NCBI GenBank assembly: GCA_051942245.1
Contig: JAVECL010000206.1
Coordinates: forward strand, 1-36,200
DNA: 36,200 nucleotides
Reading direction: 5' to 3'
From: Trypethelium eluteriae
Lineage: Eukaryota
Both the position numbers and the translations under genes were made by a program. The notes under the pieces are model-generated. The model was not told the origin of the DNA. It saw only the letters and a list, made by a program, of their open reading frames with translations, and made no database searches. This document shows, in pieces, positions 35,086 through 36,200 of the stretch; position 1 is the first letter of the stretch; each line of letters begins with the position of its first letter.

Positions 35086-36200
35086 TTAACAGTTATGGCA
35101 GCCATTATAATATGCAGTTTATTAACCTAAGTGATAAATATGGTATTATATTAGTTATATTCTTATCCCATTTAACTTATAGGCTTTAGCTATTAAATGT
35201 TAAACTCTTCCATCCACTTGTGCATTACTACTTAGAAGAATTAGACAAGTTTTTTAATAACTTATAGCATATTAATAATTTAAATAAACATAACTTTTTT
35301 AACCTCTTTTGGCCTGCATTTAAGCGTGCAATAACGCTAAAAAACATACTTAGTGGATGGGAGGCTATAGGGCTTTAACTGTTTAATCCTAAGCACGTGT
35401 TAGGCGTACTGCGGCAATCACTATCTCTAGAATTAGAGGACAATTTAATAAAGCTTATACTTTAAATTCCCCTTAATCTGTTTAAGCTATAATAAGCTAT
35501 TATCCAAACCAAGGATCCGGTAATAAAAAAGCTCCTCTAATTTCTTAACGCCACCCCAGCAGAGAACAGCCTTCTCTGCGCTAAAAATAAGGGTCTCCGG
35601 CAAGCTTTAATTAAAAAAATACCAAACAGTTAAATAAAAAGGTCTTTATTAATAATAAGCTTAATAAGGCTTAAATTTTAACCCCCATAAAGGTTCAGTT
35701 ATTTTGCGATAAACAAAAGTGTTTAGATAAGGAAGAAGCACAGCAAAAATAGCAGAAAGCAGCTTAAAAGGAGCAGCTACAATTAAATAGGCAGATCAAA
35801 GAGTAAGAGAAGCAGCAGTAAAAGCAATAGCGCGAAGAAGCTCGAATTCGGCGACAGCAGGCTCAAACTGAAAAAGCTCAGATTCGGCAGGACTTTCTTG
35901 AAGCAAAACAAGCGGCTCGACAGCTTCGAAATGAGTCAAAACACCATAAACAGAAGCAGACAAAAACACAGAAGGCTTCAAAACAGCCTAACTCGGAAGT
36001 CGCACCTGCAGAGGTAGAATCTCTGGTGGTTGAGGTAATTTCTCGTGTTTCGCGCTCTCAGCGCGAAATTCGCCTACCACAACGGTTTATGGAGTAAATT
36101 AAATAGCGCATTCGATTTGTCTAGTTCTCTACTATCTATCTATCTAATTATCTAGTTTATTGAGCAGTTCGTTGTTGAATTATAGCCTTATGAAGCTGTG
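35086..36200 (+). mobile_element. 3' half of a pogo/Fot1 (DDE_1) transposon interrupted by the Gypsy LTR; transposase stop at 36095-36097
   Basis: NSYGSH..MQFI..LSHLTYRL*LLNVKLFHPL is the RIP-mutated form of DGHGSH..PPHSTHRLQPLDV..F.PL. It continues FWPAF..NILSGWEAIGL, a K/Q/E-rich tail, and SRSQREIRLPQRF. Confidence 0.9.

Noticed and set aside
1..36200. CRISPR arrays, rRNA/tRNA genes, Starship captain
   Set aside because: No regularly spaced repeat-spacer array, no recognisable structural RNA gene and no tyrosine-recombinase ORF were seen. tRNAscan and Infernal were not run.

Overview
This is filamentous ascomycete genomic DNA: short GT-AG introns with CTRAC branch sites, and RIP-mutated repeats. 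From left to right: (1) a conserved housekeeping gene (PWI/CCCH/RRM, RBM26/27-like, minus strand). (2) An accessory block of about 17 kb (3.9-21.1 kb) containing a truncated HET fragment, stacked LTR-like and pogo relics, a full-length HET-domain gene broken only by one TAG at a conserved Trp, a secreted S41 peptidase frameshifted by a 7-bp tandem duplication, a NACHT-ankyrin NLR-like gene with an embedded Cys-rich zinc finger and one frameshift, a Tc1/IS630 relic, a CorA-like pseudogene and an NRPS-like (A-T-R) relic. (3) An intact F-box-like ORF, a Mid2/SKG6-like membrane protein gene, and a small secreted protein gene divergent from an intact 9-exon laccase. (4) From about 31.4 kb, a RIP-mutated nest: a Ty3/Gypsy chromovirus, a second copy of its 3' end, and a pogo/Fot1 transposase. 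The most striking hidden signal is an antisense 160-codon ORF between pol and the 3' LTR of the retrotransposon. After reversing RIP changes it encodes a canonical Zn(II)2Cys6 cluster plus a probable coiled coil, and it is absent from the ORF track. All gene models were read by hand and no database searches were run.
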